Of a DNA stretch of 64,000 bases, positions 19,291 through 28,339 are shown piece by piece. Position 1 is the stretch's first letter. Each line of letters opens with the position of its first letter. The position numbers and the translations under genes are program-made. The DNA is taken from NCBI GenBank assembly GCA_963727505.1, contig CAVSGP010000004.1, forward strand, positions 992,001 through 1,056,000, written 5' to 3'. The notes beneath the pieces were generated by a model, which was not told where the DNA came from, made no database searches, and was given only the letters and a program-made list of their open reading frames with translations. The DNA is from an uncultured Trueperaceae bacterium (GTDB lineage Bacteria > Deinococcota > Deinococci > Deinococcales > Trueperaceae).

Positions 19291-20278
19291 GCGAGCGCTC
19301 CACGGCCACGCACAGCGCCACCGCCACACGTCCGTCGTGACCGTCGGCCGGAACCGGCGTCCCCTCGGTGACGGCACGCAAGAACGCCGTCGTCTGCCGC
19401 GGCAGGTCGAAGGCGTGGCCCGTGCGTTGCGGCACCGGCACCGTGCGGATACCATCGTCGTCCTGCGTCCACAGCGACACGGTCGGGTCCTCGTCGGTGT
19501 CCTGCCGCCCGTCCCAGCGCGCCCGCAGGGCGCCGTCCTCGGCGTTGAGGTCGCAGCGCACGTGGTGCTCGAAGCCCGCGACGGTGCGCGTGACCATGGC
19601 GCGAGCTCCGCCCGCGAACGAGAGTCTCACGTCGAGGTTCTCGTGCGCCCCCTCACGGCCGGCGCGGCTCACCGACCAGGCCTGCACCTCCGTGACCTCG
19701 CCGAGGAGCCAGCGCGCCAGGTCGAAATAGTGGATCGGCTCCTCGAGGATGCTGCTGCCGAGCCTGGCGGGATCCTGCTTCCAGCCCGACGCACCCGCGC
19801 GGTAGGGGCGACGGAACAGGCGCAGGTCGAGGTGATCGGGCCGGCCCAGCTTCCCGGCCTCCGCGCGCACCGCCTCGAACAGGCGGAACACGCGCATCTC
19901 GTGGCCGACCGCCAGCACCCGGTCCGCGCGGCGCGCCGCCTCGAGGATGCGGTCGCAGTCCTCGATCCCGATCGCCATCGGCTTCTCCACCAGCACGTGC
20001 TTGCCCGCCTCGAGCGCGGCCACGGCGTGCTCGGCGTGCAGGTCGTTGGGGCTCGCCACGATGACAGCGTCGAGCTCGGAGGCGAGGAACGCCTCCAGGT
20101 CCGTGGTCACCGGCACCTGCCAGGCGCCCTGCAAGCGGTGCGCGCTCACCTCGCTGCGTACCAGCACAGCCGCAAGCGGCGCGCCGACGCTCTCCAGCGC
20201 GGCGCGGTGCATGGCGGCCCAGCGGCCGCCGCCGATGATACCCACACGTACCGGAAGGCGCCCGCTGCCACCGCTCAT
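19253..20278 (-). CDS. Gfo/Idh/MocA-family NAD(P)-dependent oxidoreductase
   Basis: VGIIGGG, SPNDLH, GKHVLVEKPM, VGHEMR and ILEEPIHYFD. ATGA overlap with the upstream gene. Confidence 0.9.
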   Translation of the reverse strand: MSGGSGRLPVRVGIIGGGRWAAMHRAALESVGAPLAAVLVRSEVSAHRLQGAWQVPVTTDLEAFLASELDAVIVASPNDLHAEHAVAALEAGKHVLVEKPMAIGIEDCDRILEAARRADRVLAVGHEMRVFRLFEAVRAEAGKLGRPDHLDLRLFRRPYRAGASGWKQDPARLGSSILEEPIHYFDLARWLLGEVTEVQAWSVSRAGREGAHENLDVRLSFAGGARAMVTRTVAGFEHHVRCDLNAEDGALRARWDGRQDTDEDPTVSLWTQDDDGIRTVPVPQRTGHAFDLPRQTTAFLRAVTEGTPVPADGHDGRVAVALCVAVERSLREGSSVVRPPA

Positions 20279-21333
20279 GCCGCCTCCCCCGCGAGCGGCG
20301 GGAGGTCGCCCTGCACCTCGGCCGGGACGACTTCGCGGTCTTCGGCGATCGAGGTCAGCACGGCGAGCGAGGTGCGCAGGGCGCGCACGCCGTCGTCCAT
20401 GGTTGCCAGGGGCCGGTGCTCGAGCCCGTGCAGCTCCCGGTGGAACGCCCGGATCTCCTCCCGCCAGGGGTCGGAGGCCGGGGGCTCCCAACGCAGCGTC
20501 CCCTCCGAGGTCAGCAGCTCGACCCGGTCGGGCCACTCCGCCGTGATCAGCCCGTCGGGCCCCATGTAGGTGTGACGTTCGGTGGCGGCGATGCCCGCGG
20601 GCAGCCCCCAGGACACCTGGATCTGCCCCACGCCCCCGCCCGGATAGCGCAGCGTGATGTGCGCGCTGTCCAGCGCCTTGTGCCGGATGCTCGCCAGTGC
20701 CGGCTTGCCGTCGCCGAACGTGTAGCCGTAGGCGCGCACCCCACTCGGACGTTCACCGTAGAACGCCTCCCACTGGTCGAAGATGTGGCAGCACATGTCG
20801 ATGATGGGGCCCCCGTTGGCCGCCGCGTCGTGCATGAGCAGCTTGGGTCGGATGCCCGCGGCGATGGTGGCCTGCGCCAGCACCGGCCCGCCGATCCTCG
20901 CGCCGAAGGCGAGCATCTGGTGGCTGGCGGGGTCGAAGCGGCGCATGAAGCCGATGCGCAGGAGCTTGCCGCTCTCCTCCGCGGCCTGGCTCATGGCCTC
21001 GGCCTCGGCCAGGCGCAAAGCGGCCGGCTTCTCGCACAGCACGTGCTTTCCCGCCCGCAACGCCGCCACGGTGTAGCGAGCATGCAGATAGGTCGGCGTG
21101 CAGACCGAAGCCGCGCCGACGTCGGCGCGCTCCAGCGCGGTGCCGAGGTCGTCGAGCGCGAGGGCGCCGAAGCCAGCAGCTACGCGCTCGCCCCGGCTCC
21201 GATCGGGGTCGACCACCGCCACCACGCGGGCGCCGGCCTCCGCCCACCAACGTGCGTGACGGGCGCCCATGTCGCCTGCGCCGACGACCACGACGCCGAG
21301 CGGATCCTGGGACCCTTGCTTCGGGATGCTCAT
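20275..21333 (-). CDS. Gfo/Idh/MocA-family NAD(P)-dependent oxidoreductase
   Basis: VVVGAGDMG, TPTYLH, GKHVLCEKP, GFMRRFDP and GGPIIDMCCH. Confidence 0.9.
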   Translation of the reverse strand: MSIPKQGSQDPLGVVVVGAGDMGARHARWWAEAGARVVAVVDPDRSRGERVAAGFGALALDDLGTALERADVGAASVCTPTYLHARYTVAALRAGKHVLCEKPAALRLAEAEAMSQAAEESGKLLRIGFMRRFDPASHQMLAFGARIGGPVLAQATIAAGIRPKLLMHDAAANGGPIIDMCCHIFDQWEAFYGERPSGVRAYGYTFGDGKPALASIRHKALDSAHITLRYPGGGVGQIQVSWGLPAGIAATERHTYMGPDGLITAEWPDRVELLTSEGTLRWEPPASDPWREEIRAFHRELHGLEHRPLATMDDGVRALRTSLAVLTSIAEDREVVPAEVQGDLPPLAGEAA

Positions 21334-22397
21334 GGCAGGTACCTCCGGTGCCAGCCCTCCCCGGCGCCCTCCATCGCAGGCGCGCCGCCATAGCGGCGGT
21401 GGTCGTGCCACGGCAGCGCGCCGTCGGCGCGAGCGGAGATGGCACGAAGGTAGGGTAGCGCTCGCGACCGCAGCTGCTCTTCGACCGCCGCCGCGTCGGG
21501 GTAGGCCTCGAGGGCCTCCAGCCACACCGCGCGGCCCGCCAGGAAGCCGCTCGCACCGGCATCGAAGGCGAGCTCGAGATCGATCTCGAACTCGGCCGGC
21601 CCGACGCCCGCGCTCAGCAGCACCCAGGGTGCGGGGCAGGCATCGTCGAGCTCCGCCAGGAAGCCGCGTACCTCGTCCAAGGAGAAGAGGGCGGGGCGCT
21701 CGCGACCGTCGAAAGCGCCGCCGTGATAGCCACGGCAGTGCTTGAGGTCGGCGGGGAACTCGAGCTTGAAGACGTCTACCCCGAAGCGCGGCTCGGCGAA
21801 GCGCCGCACGGACGCGAGGACGCGCTCGGGACGACGCGCCTGGTACTCCGGCGAGGCGGGGTCCTCGCCCGGTTTCGGGTAGACCAGCAGCTCCAAGATG
21901 AACGGGATGTCGCTCACCCGGCAGGCCTCGCCCACCTCGGCCACCAGCCGTTCCTGGTGCGCGCGCGTCGCTTCCGAGGTGTCGGGGCGATACCAGGCCA
22001 GCAGCTTGACGCCGGACGCCCCTGCGCGTTTGATGGCCCCGACGCTCCATCCCTCGATGAGCCTGGAGCGACGCTCCCCGTCGATGACCTCGAAGCCGTA
22101 GTCCTCGAGCGTGCCGATCAGCGCGGTGCTGCCGGGAACGGCCGACAGGGCGGTGGCGTGCGTCCAGACCGGATCGATGAGGATCGCGCCCGCCTCCGGG
22201 GCCAGCACCCGGGTGAGGAGCGCCTTGGCTTCGGCCACCTCATCGAAGCTCAGGCTCTGCGGGTCCCGGTTGCCGGCGCGCGCCAGCGCCTGGAACAGGG
22301 GCGGACGTTGATCGACCGCCACCATGCGGAACACGCCGTCGTCGTCGGCGAGCGTCATCATCGCGCGCAACTTGCCGGCACTCAGGGTCTTACTCAT
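21330..22397 (-). CDS. Class I aldolase, LacD/YihT family (tagatose-bisphosphate or sulfofructose-phosphate aldolase)
   Basis: AVDQR, VKLLAWYRPD, DVFKLEFP (Schiff-base Lys), PWVLLSAGV and GASGFLAGRAVW. An alternative GTG start lies at 22403. Confidence 0.88.
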   Translation of the reverse strand: MSKTLSAGKLRAMMTLADDDGVFRMVAVDQRPPLFQALARAGNRDPQSLSFDEVAEAKALLTRVLAPEAGAILIDPVWTHATALSAVPGSTALIGTLEDYGFEVIDGERRSRLIEGWSVGAIKRAGASGVKLLAWYRPDTSEATRAHQERLVAEVGEACRVSDIPFILELLVYPKPGEDPASPEYQARRPERVLASVRRFAEPRFGVDVFKLEFPADLKHCRGYHGGAFDGRERPALFSLDEVRGFLAELDDACPAPWVLLSAGVGPAEFEIDLELAFDAGASGFLAGRAVWLEALEAYPDAAAVEEQLRSRALPYLRAISARADGALPWHDHRRYGGAPAMEGAGEGWHRRYLP

Positions 22398-22553
22398 GCT
22401 CACACCTCCACCGTCATCGTCACGGAGTCCATCTCGATTCATCGGTCGGGACCATGGTTCGGGACCATGGGTCGCGTGCGTCTGCCGCGGACGTGCTGCG
22501 GGTTCCGGGGCTGGTTCCTGCTGCGGCATCCGGAGCCGTGGCGCTGGCCGCCA

Positions 22554-23489
22554 TCAGCGCGGGGGCGTCCCGGCGTCCGGGCGCGCATCCCCCGGCCCGG
22601 TGGCAGTGCGGAAGGCGACCACGTCGTCGTGGCTGGGCAGTCCGGCGCGCGCACCGAAGGCGCGGCACGCCATCGCCGCCGCCGTAGCCGCGTAACGGGC
22701 GGCCTCCTCGGCGGATGCGCGCCGCGCGATAGCGGCGGCGTACGCGCCGTGAAACACATCGCCCGCGCCGGTGGTGTCCACCGCCTCGACGCGCGGGGCG
22801 GACACGTGCAGGGTGTGCTGACCCTCCAGCAGCAGCACCCCCTCCGCACCCAGGGTGATCCCCACCACCTGATCGGGGCGCCGCCGCAGGCGCGGCAACG
22901 CCGCCTCGGGGTCGTCCCGGCCGATCAGCTCCTGCGCGCACTCGCGCGCCACCAGCAGATGATCGGCCAGGCCGGCATCCTCCCAGTGGCGGAGGTTGCC
23001 GTAGTCGGCAACGACGGGGACGTTGCCGGCGCGGGCGGCCTCGGCGGCGGCGCGGCACAGGCGAGGATGCCTCAGGTCAACGAGCACCGCCCCGGTCCCT
23101 TCGAGGAAACCGGCCGGCAGGTGGGAGGGGTCGTCCTCGAGCCCGCTCCCGCGGTAGGGGAAGATCCACCGTTCCCCGTCGGGCGCCACCAGCACGGCGC
23201 TGACGAACGTGCGCGCGCCGGGCAGCCGGTGCACGCCGGAGACGTCCACCCCATGCGCCTCGAGATCGACGAGGGCGGTGCTGCCGGCAGCGTCGTCGCC
23301 GTGGAGCGCCACCAACGCGGCGGCCACCCCGAGGTGCGCGGCCGCCGCGGCGGCCGTGGCGGCCGGCCCACCTCCCTGCGTCCGGTAGGCAGTGGCGTCG
23401 GTGCGCGAGTGGACCGGCGGGAAGCGCTCGACCCGCCACACGTGATCCAGACACGACAAACCGACACACACCACACGCGGCCCACTCAC
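22554..23489 (-). CDS. PfkB-family sugar kinase, YihV (sulfofructose kinase)-like
   Basis: RVVCVG, GGGPAATAA, GDD..G, DGER, DLR and VDTTGAGDVFHGA. GTGA overlap with the isomerase stop. Confidence 0.88.
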   Translation of the reverse strand: MSGPRVVCVGLSCLDHVWRVERFPPVHSRTDATAYRTQGGGPAATAAAAAAHLGVAAALVALHGDDAAGSTALVDLEAHGVDVSGVHRLPGARTFVSAVLVAPDGERWIFPYRGSGLEDDPSHLPAGFLEGTGAVLVDLRHPRLCRAAAEAARAGNVPVVADYGNLRHWEDAGLADHLLVARECAQELIGRDDPEAALPRLRRRPDQVVGITLGAEGVLLLEGQHTLHVSAPRVEAVDTTGAGDVFHGAYAAAIARRASAEEAARYAATAAAMACRAFGARAGLPSHDDVVAFRTATGPGDARPDAGTPPR

Positions 23490-24889
23490 GAGCGCAGATA
23501 GGACGCCGGGGGCAGCGCCGGCAGGACGTCCGCACCGAGGTAGGCGCAAAGCTCGTAGAGCGCTTCCACCCGGTCGCCGCGACCGAAGGCGAGGTGGTGC
23601 GGCAACCGCCTGTCGAGCAAGTTGGCGACGAAGGCGCGCACATCGACGGGGCTCTCACCCCAGCGTAGTCCTCCGATCCAACCGCGGACGCCGTCGTAGC
23701 CCACCTTCTCCTCGCGGCGTACCTCGCCGCCGACGATGACGGCGCGCCCCCCGGAGCTCAGCAGCCGGAAACCGGTCACGGGACCGGCCCGCAGGCGCAT
23801 GTCGCGCACGACGCCGGTGCCGTCGCGGTTGAAGTGCGTGGTGAGACGGGTGTCGGGACCCCCCGAAGGTCCCGGCGCCGCCCACGCCACGGGCGCGTTG
23901 CCGCAGTGCCAGACCTGGAGGCTGTCGTCGGCCTCGTCCACGTCGGAGAGGTCCATGAGGATGGCGGGGTCGCCGCTGACGCCCTGCAGCGCGAGCATCG
24001 ACAGCGCTCCCATCACGTCCCCCTCGCAGGCGGCGGGCACCTCGCGGCCGCTGGAGTCCCCCATCGCGGCGCATGCCATCGAATCGCAGGTGTCCGGCAC
24101 CTCCGGCCAGCACCGCACGGCCAGTGCCGTTGCTCCCGTCTCCTCGGCCAGCCTCTCGAGGGCGGCGTCGATCCGCGCGCCTCGGACGAGCTGCTCGAAC
24201 GATACGTCCGCGCGCTCGCGCTCCTGCCAGCCGCGAGCCCGCGCCTCGGCCTCGGCTTCCGGCACCGCCGCCACGCGCTCGAACAGCGCCGCCAGGTCGC
24301 GCGCGACGACCTCGACCCCCTCGAAGGCGGGCGCCTCCTGGAGTCCGTAGAAGCCCGGCGCGGTGCCACCGATCGCCAGGATGCGGGCGCTGTGCACCGC
24401 AGCCAGACCGCGAAGGGCACCTATCGTGGCCGCGAACCGTCGCCCGAACTCCGGGTCGTCGGGCAGGCCGTAGAACCACTTGACGGGCTCGGACTTGGCG
24501 ACCTGGGGCGCGTCCAGCAGCGAGAGCGTCATGTTCAGGCCGCACAGCGAGTTGAGCGGCAAGGGCCCCTCGCGCCAACCGCCCGCCCGCTCCGGCACGC
24601 CCCACAGGCCGACCCGCTCGGCGGCCGCGAGCAGGGGCGCGACCACGTCGCCGGTCGCGAACGTGGTGAGCTGCACCAGCAGGTAATCGAGGCCCTCTTC
24701 GGCGAGCACGCGGGCCGCTCGCGCGGCCTCGGGCGCGTCCCGCACCGCCTGCACAGGCGCGACCAGCTCGAAGCCGAGCCGCTCCGCCAGCCTCTCCATA
24801 CCTTCGAGGCTGCGGCGCGCAGCCGCTGCGCTGTCCCCCTTGAAGGCGGGCCGCGTCACCGAGACGAACCCGATACGGGGTCGGATCAT
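23486..24889 (-). CDS. L-fucose/L-arabinose isomerase-family protein, SqvD/SftI (sulfoquinovose isomerase)-like
   Basis: TTFA, LPLNSLCG, APGF, AVRCWPE, CEGD, LMDL, WHCG, HFNR and PHH motifs. Confidence 0.82.
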   Translation of the reverse strand: MIRPRIGFVSVTRPAFKGDSAAAARRSLEGMERLAERLGFELVAPVQAVRDAPEAARAARVLAEEGLDYLLVQLTTFATGDVVAPLLAAAERVGLWGVPERAGGWREGPLPLNSLCGLNMTLSLLDAPQVAKSEPVKWFYGLPDDPEFGRRFAATIGALRGLAAVHSARILAIGGTAPGFYGLQEAPAFEGVEVVARDLAALFERVAAVPEAEAEARARGWQERERADVSFEQLVRGARIDAALERLAEETGATALAVRCWPEVPDTCDSMACAAMGDSSGREVPAACEGDVMGALSMLALQGVSGDPAILMDLSDVDEADDSLQVWHCGNAPVAWAAPGPSGGPDTRLTTHFNRDGTGVVRDMRLRAGPVTGFRLLSSGGRAVIVGGEVRREEKVGYDGVRGWIGGLRWGESPVDVRAFVANLLDRRLPHHLAFGRGDRVEALYELCAYLGADVLPALPPASYLRS

Positions 24890-24896
24890 CGCTGGA

Positions 24897-25829
24897 TCAT
24901 CCTTTGACTCCTCCGGCGGTGAGACCGCTGATGATGCGCTGCTGGAAGAACAGGATGAGCAGCACGAGGGGGACGATCCCCAGGGTGACGGCGGCCGAGA
25001 TCACCGCCCAGGGGAAGGCGAACTCGCCCTGGTAGAGGGTGATGCCGACGGGAATGGTTCGCATGGTGGTGGCGGTGTTGAACGTCAGCGCCAGCAGGAA
25101 CTCGTTCCAGGAGTTGACGAACGCGATGATGCCCGCCGTCACGATACCGGGCGCCGACAACGGGGCCACGATGCGGACGAGCGCGCCCAGCCGGCTGGCG
25201 CCGTCCACCGTGGCCGCCGACTCCAGGTCCTCCGGGATGAGCTGGAAGAAGCTCGTCAGGATCAGGGTGGTGATCGGCAGGCTCAGGGCGACGTAGGGGA
25301 TGATCAGTGCCCAGTAGGTGTTGAGCAGGTTCGGCGTCATGACGGTGGTCGGGAGGAAGCTCCACCCCATGGCGTGCAGGTACGCCACGACCTGACTGAG
25401 GCCGGGGACCTCGACGCCTACGAACAGGCGGTAGAGCGGGACCAGCATGACGAGCGCCGGGAACATGCTCGTCATCACGATGGCCGTGAGCAGGGCGCGG
25501 CGGCCGCGCAACCTCAGCCGTGCAAGGGCATACCCTGCCAGGGACGCAAAGAGCACACAGATGAGCGTGGCGACGATGGATACCACCGCCGAGTTCAACA
25601 GGAACCGGCCGAACGGATTCTGGGTGAACACGTCGACGTAGTTGTGCAGGATCGGATGCTGCGGCAGATAGGTGATCGGGATGCGGGTGAGCTCGTTCTC
25701 CGACTTGAACGACGTCAGCACCAGCCACACCGCCGGGAACAAACCGTTGAGGAGCATCAACAGCAGACCGAGGCGCACGAAGACGTAGCCGATCCGCTGC
25801 TGGGAAGTCCGTCGCGCTGCCCCGTTCAT
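24897..25829 (-). CDS. Carbohydrate ABC transporter permease (MalG-like)
   Basis: LTSFK, NS.VVS, AGYALAR, IPEDLESAATVDGA, WNEFL and FQQRIISGLTAGGVKG. Confidence 0.92.
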   Translation of the reverse strand: MNGAARRTSQQRIGYVFVRLGLLLMLLNGLFPAVWLVLTSFKSENELTRIPITYLPQHPILHNYVDVFTQNPFGRFLLNSAVVSIVATLICVLFASLAGYALARLRLRGRRALLTAIVMTSMFPALVMLVPLYRLFVGVEVPGLSQVVAYLHAMGWSFLPTTVMTPNLLNTYWALIIPYVALSLPITTLILTSFFQLIPEDLESAATVDGASRLGALVRIVAPLSAPGIVTAGIIAFVNSWNEFLLALTFNTATTMRTIPVGITLYQGEFAFPWAVISAAVTLGIVPLVLLILFFQQRIISGLTAGGVKG

Positions 25830-26947
25830 TCGGTGTAGATCCATCGCAGGTAGATGAGGGTAACGGTCAGGCTGATCACGAACAACACCACCGACAGCGC
25901 CGCCGCATAACCGATGTTGAGGGCCAGCGTGCTGTTGTAGATGTACACGCCTAGCGTCTCCAGACTACGACCCGGGCCGCCGCGCGTCATCGCGAACGGG
26001 ATGTCGAAGGTCTGGATGGCCGTGAGCGTCCGGAAGATCAGGGCGACGGCGATCGAGGGCCGCAGAAGCGGCAACGTGATGCGCCAGAACCGCTGCCATG
26101 CGTTGGCGCCGTCGACCACGGCGGCCTCGTAGAGGCTGGCATCGATCGACTGAAGGCCGGCCAGGAGGATGAGGCCGACGAAGGAGGACGTCTTCCAGAC
26201 GATGGTGAGGTTCACGGCCGCGATCGCGGGTGCCACGCGCGCCAGCCACAGCGGGCCTTGGATGCCGAGATGCCTGAGCACGTCGTTGATGACGCCGTAC
26301 TGGTTCTGGAACAACCACGCAAAGGTGAGTCCGGCGAACACCCGCGGCATCGCCCAGGGGAGCAGCAAGGAGACGCGGCCGAGCCAACGGAGTCGCGACT
26401 CGACGTTGGCGAGCAGGGCCAGCGGCAGGCCGACCACGAACGAGCCGATCACGCTCGCGACGAGGATCACCATCGTGATCGAGAAGGAGTCCCAGAAGCG
26501 GCTGTCCGTCCAGCGGCCGTCGGGACCGGGATGGAAGCCGAGCACATAGATCGAGAGCATGGCCAGGACCAGACCGAGGACCGCACCGGTCAACGGCGAG
26601 AGCCAGCGCCGGCGCACGACCCAGATCAGCGGCGCCAGCAGAGCGACTCCGACCAACCGTAGCCACAGCAGGTGCGAGAGGTTCCACGTCAGCCCCTCCC
26701 CCCAAAGCATCCGCCGGAAGTTCTCGAACCCGATGAAGGGCGTGCCGCGGAAGGGCTGGTTGAGCCGGTTGAAATGCAGCGACTGCCACACCACCGAGAT
26801 CATGGGGTAGAGCATCACCGCGGCCAGGGTCAGCAATGCGGGCAGGAGGAAGAGGATGCCCAACTGGGCGTCCGACAGGTTGCCGGTCCGCAGCCTCCGC
26901 CAGAAGCCGGGCTTGCGATAGGGGGTGGTGGAACGGGGTTCGATCAT
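25826..26947 (-). CDS. Carbohydrate ABC transporter permease (MalF-like)
   Basis: FIGFENF, LLLPWAMP, GVIN, LAGLQSI, LYEAAVVDGANAWQRFWRITLPLL and MTRGGPG. Confidence 0.92.
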   Translation of the reverse strand: MIEPRSTTPYRKPGFWRRLRTGNLSDAQLGILFLLPALLTLAAVMLYPMISVVWQSLHFNRLNQPFRGTPFIGFENFRRMLWGEGLTWNLSHLLWLRLVGVALLAPLIWVVRRRWLSPLTGAVLGLVLAMLSIYVLGFHPGPDGRWTDSRFWDSFSITMVILVASVIGSFVVGLPLALLANVESRLRWLGRVSLLLPWAMPRVFAGLTFAWLFQNQYGVINDVLRHLGIQGPLWLARVAPAIAAVNLTIVWKTSSFVGLILLAGLQSIDASLYEAAVVDGANAWQRFWRITLPLLRPSIAVALIFRTLTAIQTFDIPFAMTRGGPGRSLETLGVYIYNSTLALNIGYAAALSVVLFVISLTVTLIYLRWIYTE

Positions 26948-26973
26948 GAGTAGATACAGGGTGTCAGATCGGT

Positions 26974-27000
26974 GGGGTGGGGCGACGGGCGCCCCACCCC
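26974..27000 (-). terminator. 11-bp stem-loop after the sugar SBP gene
   Basis: GGGGTGGGGCG-acggg-CGCCCCACCCC. Confidence 0.5.
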
Positions 27001-27026
27001 CGAGATTCGATCGGGGAACGGATCCC

Positions 27027-28292
27027 CTACTGGGACAGGATGTCCTGCAGTCCTGTCTGCATCTTCTTGAGCGTCTGATCGACGGTCAGCGACCGAGCGA
27101 AGAAGGCGTTCATGGTGGTCCGGATCAGGTTGCTGACGTCGGGATAGAGCGGCGTCACCGGCCTGGGCCGAGCGTTGATGATGACGTCGTAGAACTGCGA
27201 GAACTGCGGGGCCGCCTCGAGCACCGCCGGATCCTTGTAGAGGGACTTCCGCGCCGGGATGTTGCTGGCCTTCACCGCCAGCGTGCGCTGGCTGTCCTCG
27301 CTCGCCAGGAAGCGCATCAGCTTGAAGGCGTCCTGCTTGTGCGCGCTGTAGGGGTTCATCGCCCACTGCCAGCCCCCGACGCACGTCGCAGAAGAATTGC
27401 CCTGGAAGGCGGGCAGCGGCGCCACGCCGACCTTGCCCTTGACGGCGCTGTCCTTGTCGGCCTGGAAGTGCGCCCACGCGTAGCCCCAGTTCAGCATGAA
27501 CACCACGTCGCCGGACTGGAACATCTTACGGGAGTCGTCGGTCCCGACCGAAGCGATGTCAGGGATGGTGATGCCCGACGAGAGCGTCTCGTTGTACCAG
27601 TCGAGCGCCTGCTTGCCGGCCGCCGTGTCGACGGTGATGTTGCCGTTGGCGTCGCGCCAGTTGCCGCCTGCCGTCCACAGCGCCTCGAGGAAGGTGCAGT
27701 TGGTGCCCTCGATGGCGGCGCCCTGGTAGTTGAAGCCCTGGAGCCTGGGGTTGTTCTCCCCCTTCATGATGGTGAGCGCTTCGCTCTTCAGCTCTTCCCA
27801 GGTCTTGGGCGGCTTGAGACCGTACTTGTCGAGCAGGTCCTTGCGGTAGTAGAGGAACTGCGCGTCGGTGAAGGCGGGGACGGCGTACAGCTTGCCGTTC
27901 ACCGTATCGGCGTTGACCGGGCCGGGCAGGAACGACGCGAGGTAGGTCTTCTCCGCGTCGGGGCTCGCGAAGTAGCTGTTGAGCGGCTCGGCCCAGCCCG
28001 AGGCTGCGTACTGCGCGGGCCGCACGACGTCGATGAGCATCACGTCGATCGCCGACGACTTGCTGGTGAGCACGGTGCTCAGGTACTGCTGCTGTACATC
28101 ACTGGTCGCACCGCCCACCTCGAAGGTGGCGTGCATGTCGGGGTTCTCGGCGTTGAACTTGTCGAGCAGGGGCCCGATCACGTCGGGTCGCTGCTGACCG
28201 CCGATGAAGACCTTGAGATTCACCTGGGCGGCGCCGGTCGCGAGCAGCGCGGCGAACGCCAGGGCGAGCAGGATGCGGGTGAGTCGGTTCAT
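27027..28292 (-). CDS. Sugar ABC transporter substrate-binding protein (family 1), SmoF-like (sulfoquinovose-binding) candidate
   Basis: Signal peptide; GGATS..Q.QYL.TV, DVVRPAQ, PAF.D..FLYYRKDLLDKYG, QG.AIEG..CTFL, TDD.RK.FQ, TC.GGW and RPVTP. These match my recollection of SmoF. ATG after GGAGG. Confidence 0.9.
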   Translation of the reverse strand: MNRLTRILLALAFAALLATGAAQVNLKVFIGGQQRPDVIGPLLDKFNAENPDMHATFEVGGATSDVQQQYLSTVLTSKSSAIDVMLIDVVRPAQYAASGWAEPLNSYFASPDAEKTYLASFLPGPVNADTVNGKLYAVPAFTDAQFLYYRKDLLDKYGLKPPKTWEELKSEALTIMKGENNPRLQGFNYQGAAIEGTNCTFLEALWTAGGNWRDANGNITVDTAAGKQALDWYNETLSSGITIPDIASVGTDDSRKMFQSGDVVFMLNWGYAWAHFQADKDSAVKGKVGVAPLPAFQGNSSATCVGGWQWAMNPYSAHKQDAFKLMRFLASEDSQRTLAVKASNIPARKSLYKDPAVLEAAPQFSQFYDVIINARPRPVTPLYPDVSNLIRTTMNAFFARSLTVDQTLKKMQTGLQDILSQ

Positions 28293-28339
28293 GATTACCT
28301 CCGGAATCGTCTTGGGTCGTTGGCGAACGGACGGGTCGT

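Noticed and set aside
16132..19455. 1107-aa minus-strand ORF
   Set aside because: Antisense to dppC and the SAM-domain membrane gene; the translation is Arg/Gly/Gln-rich and not protein-like.
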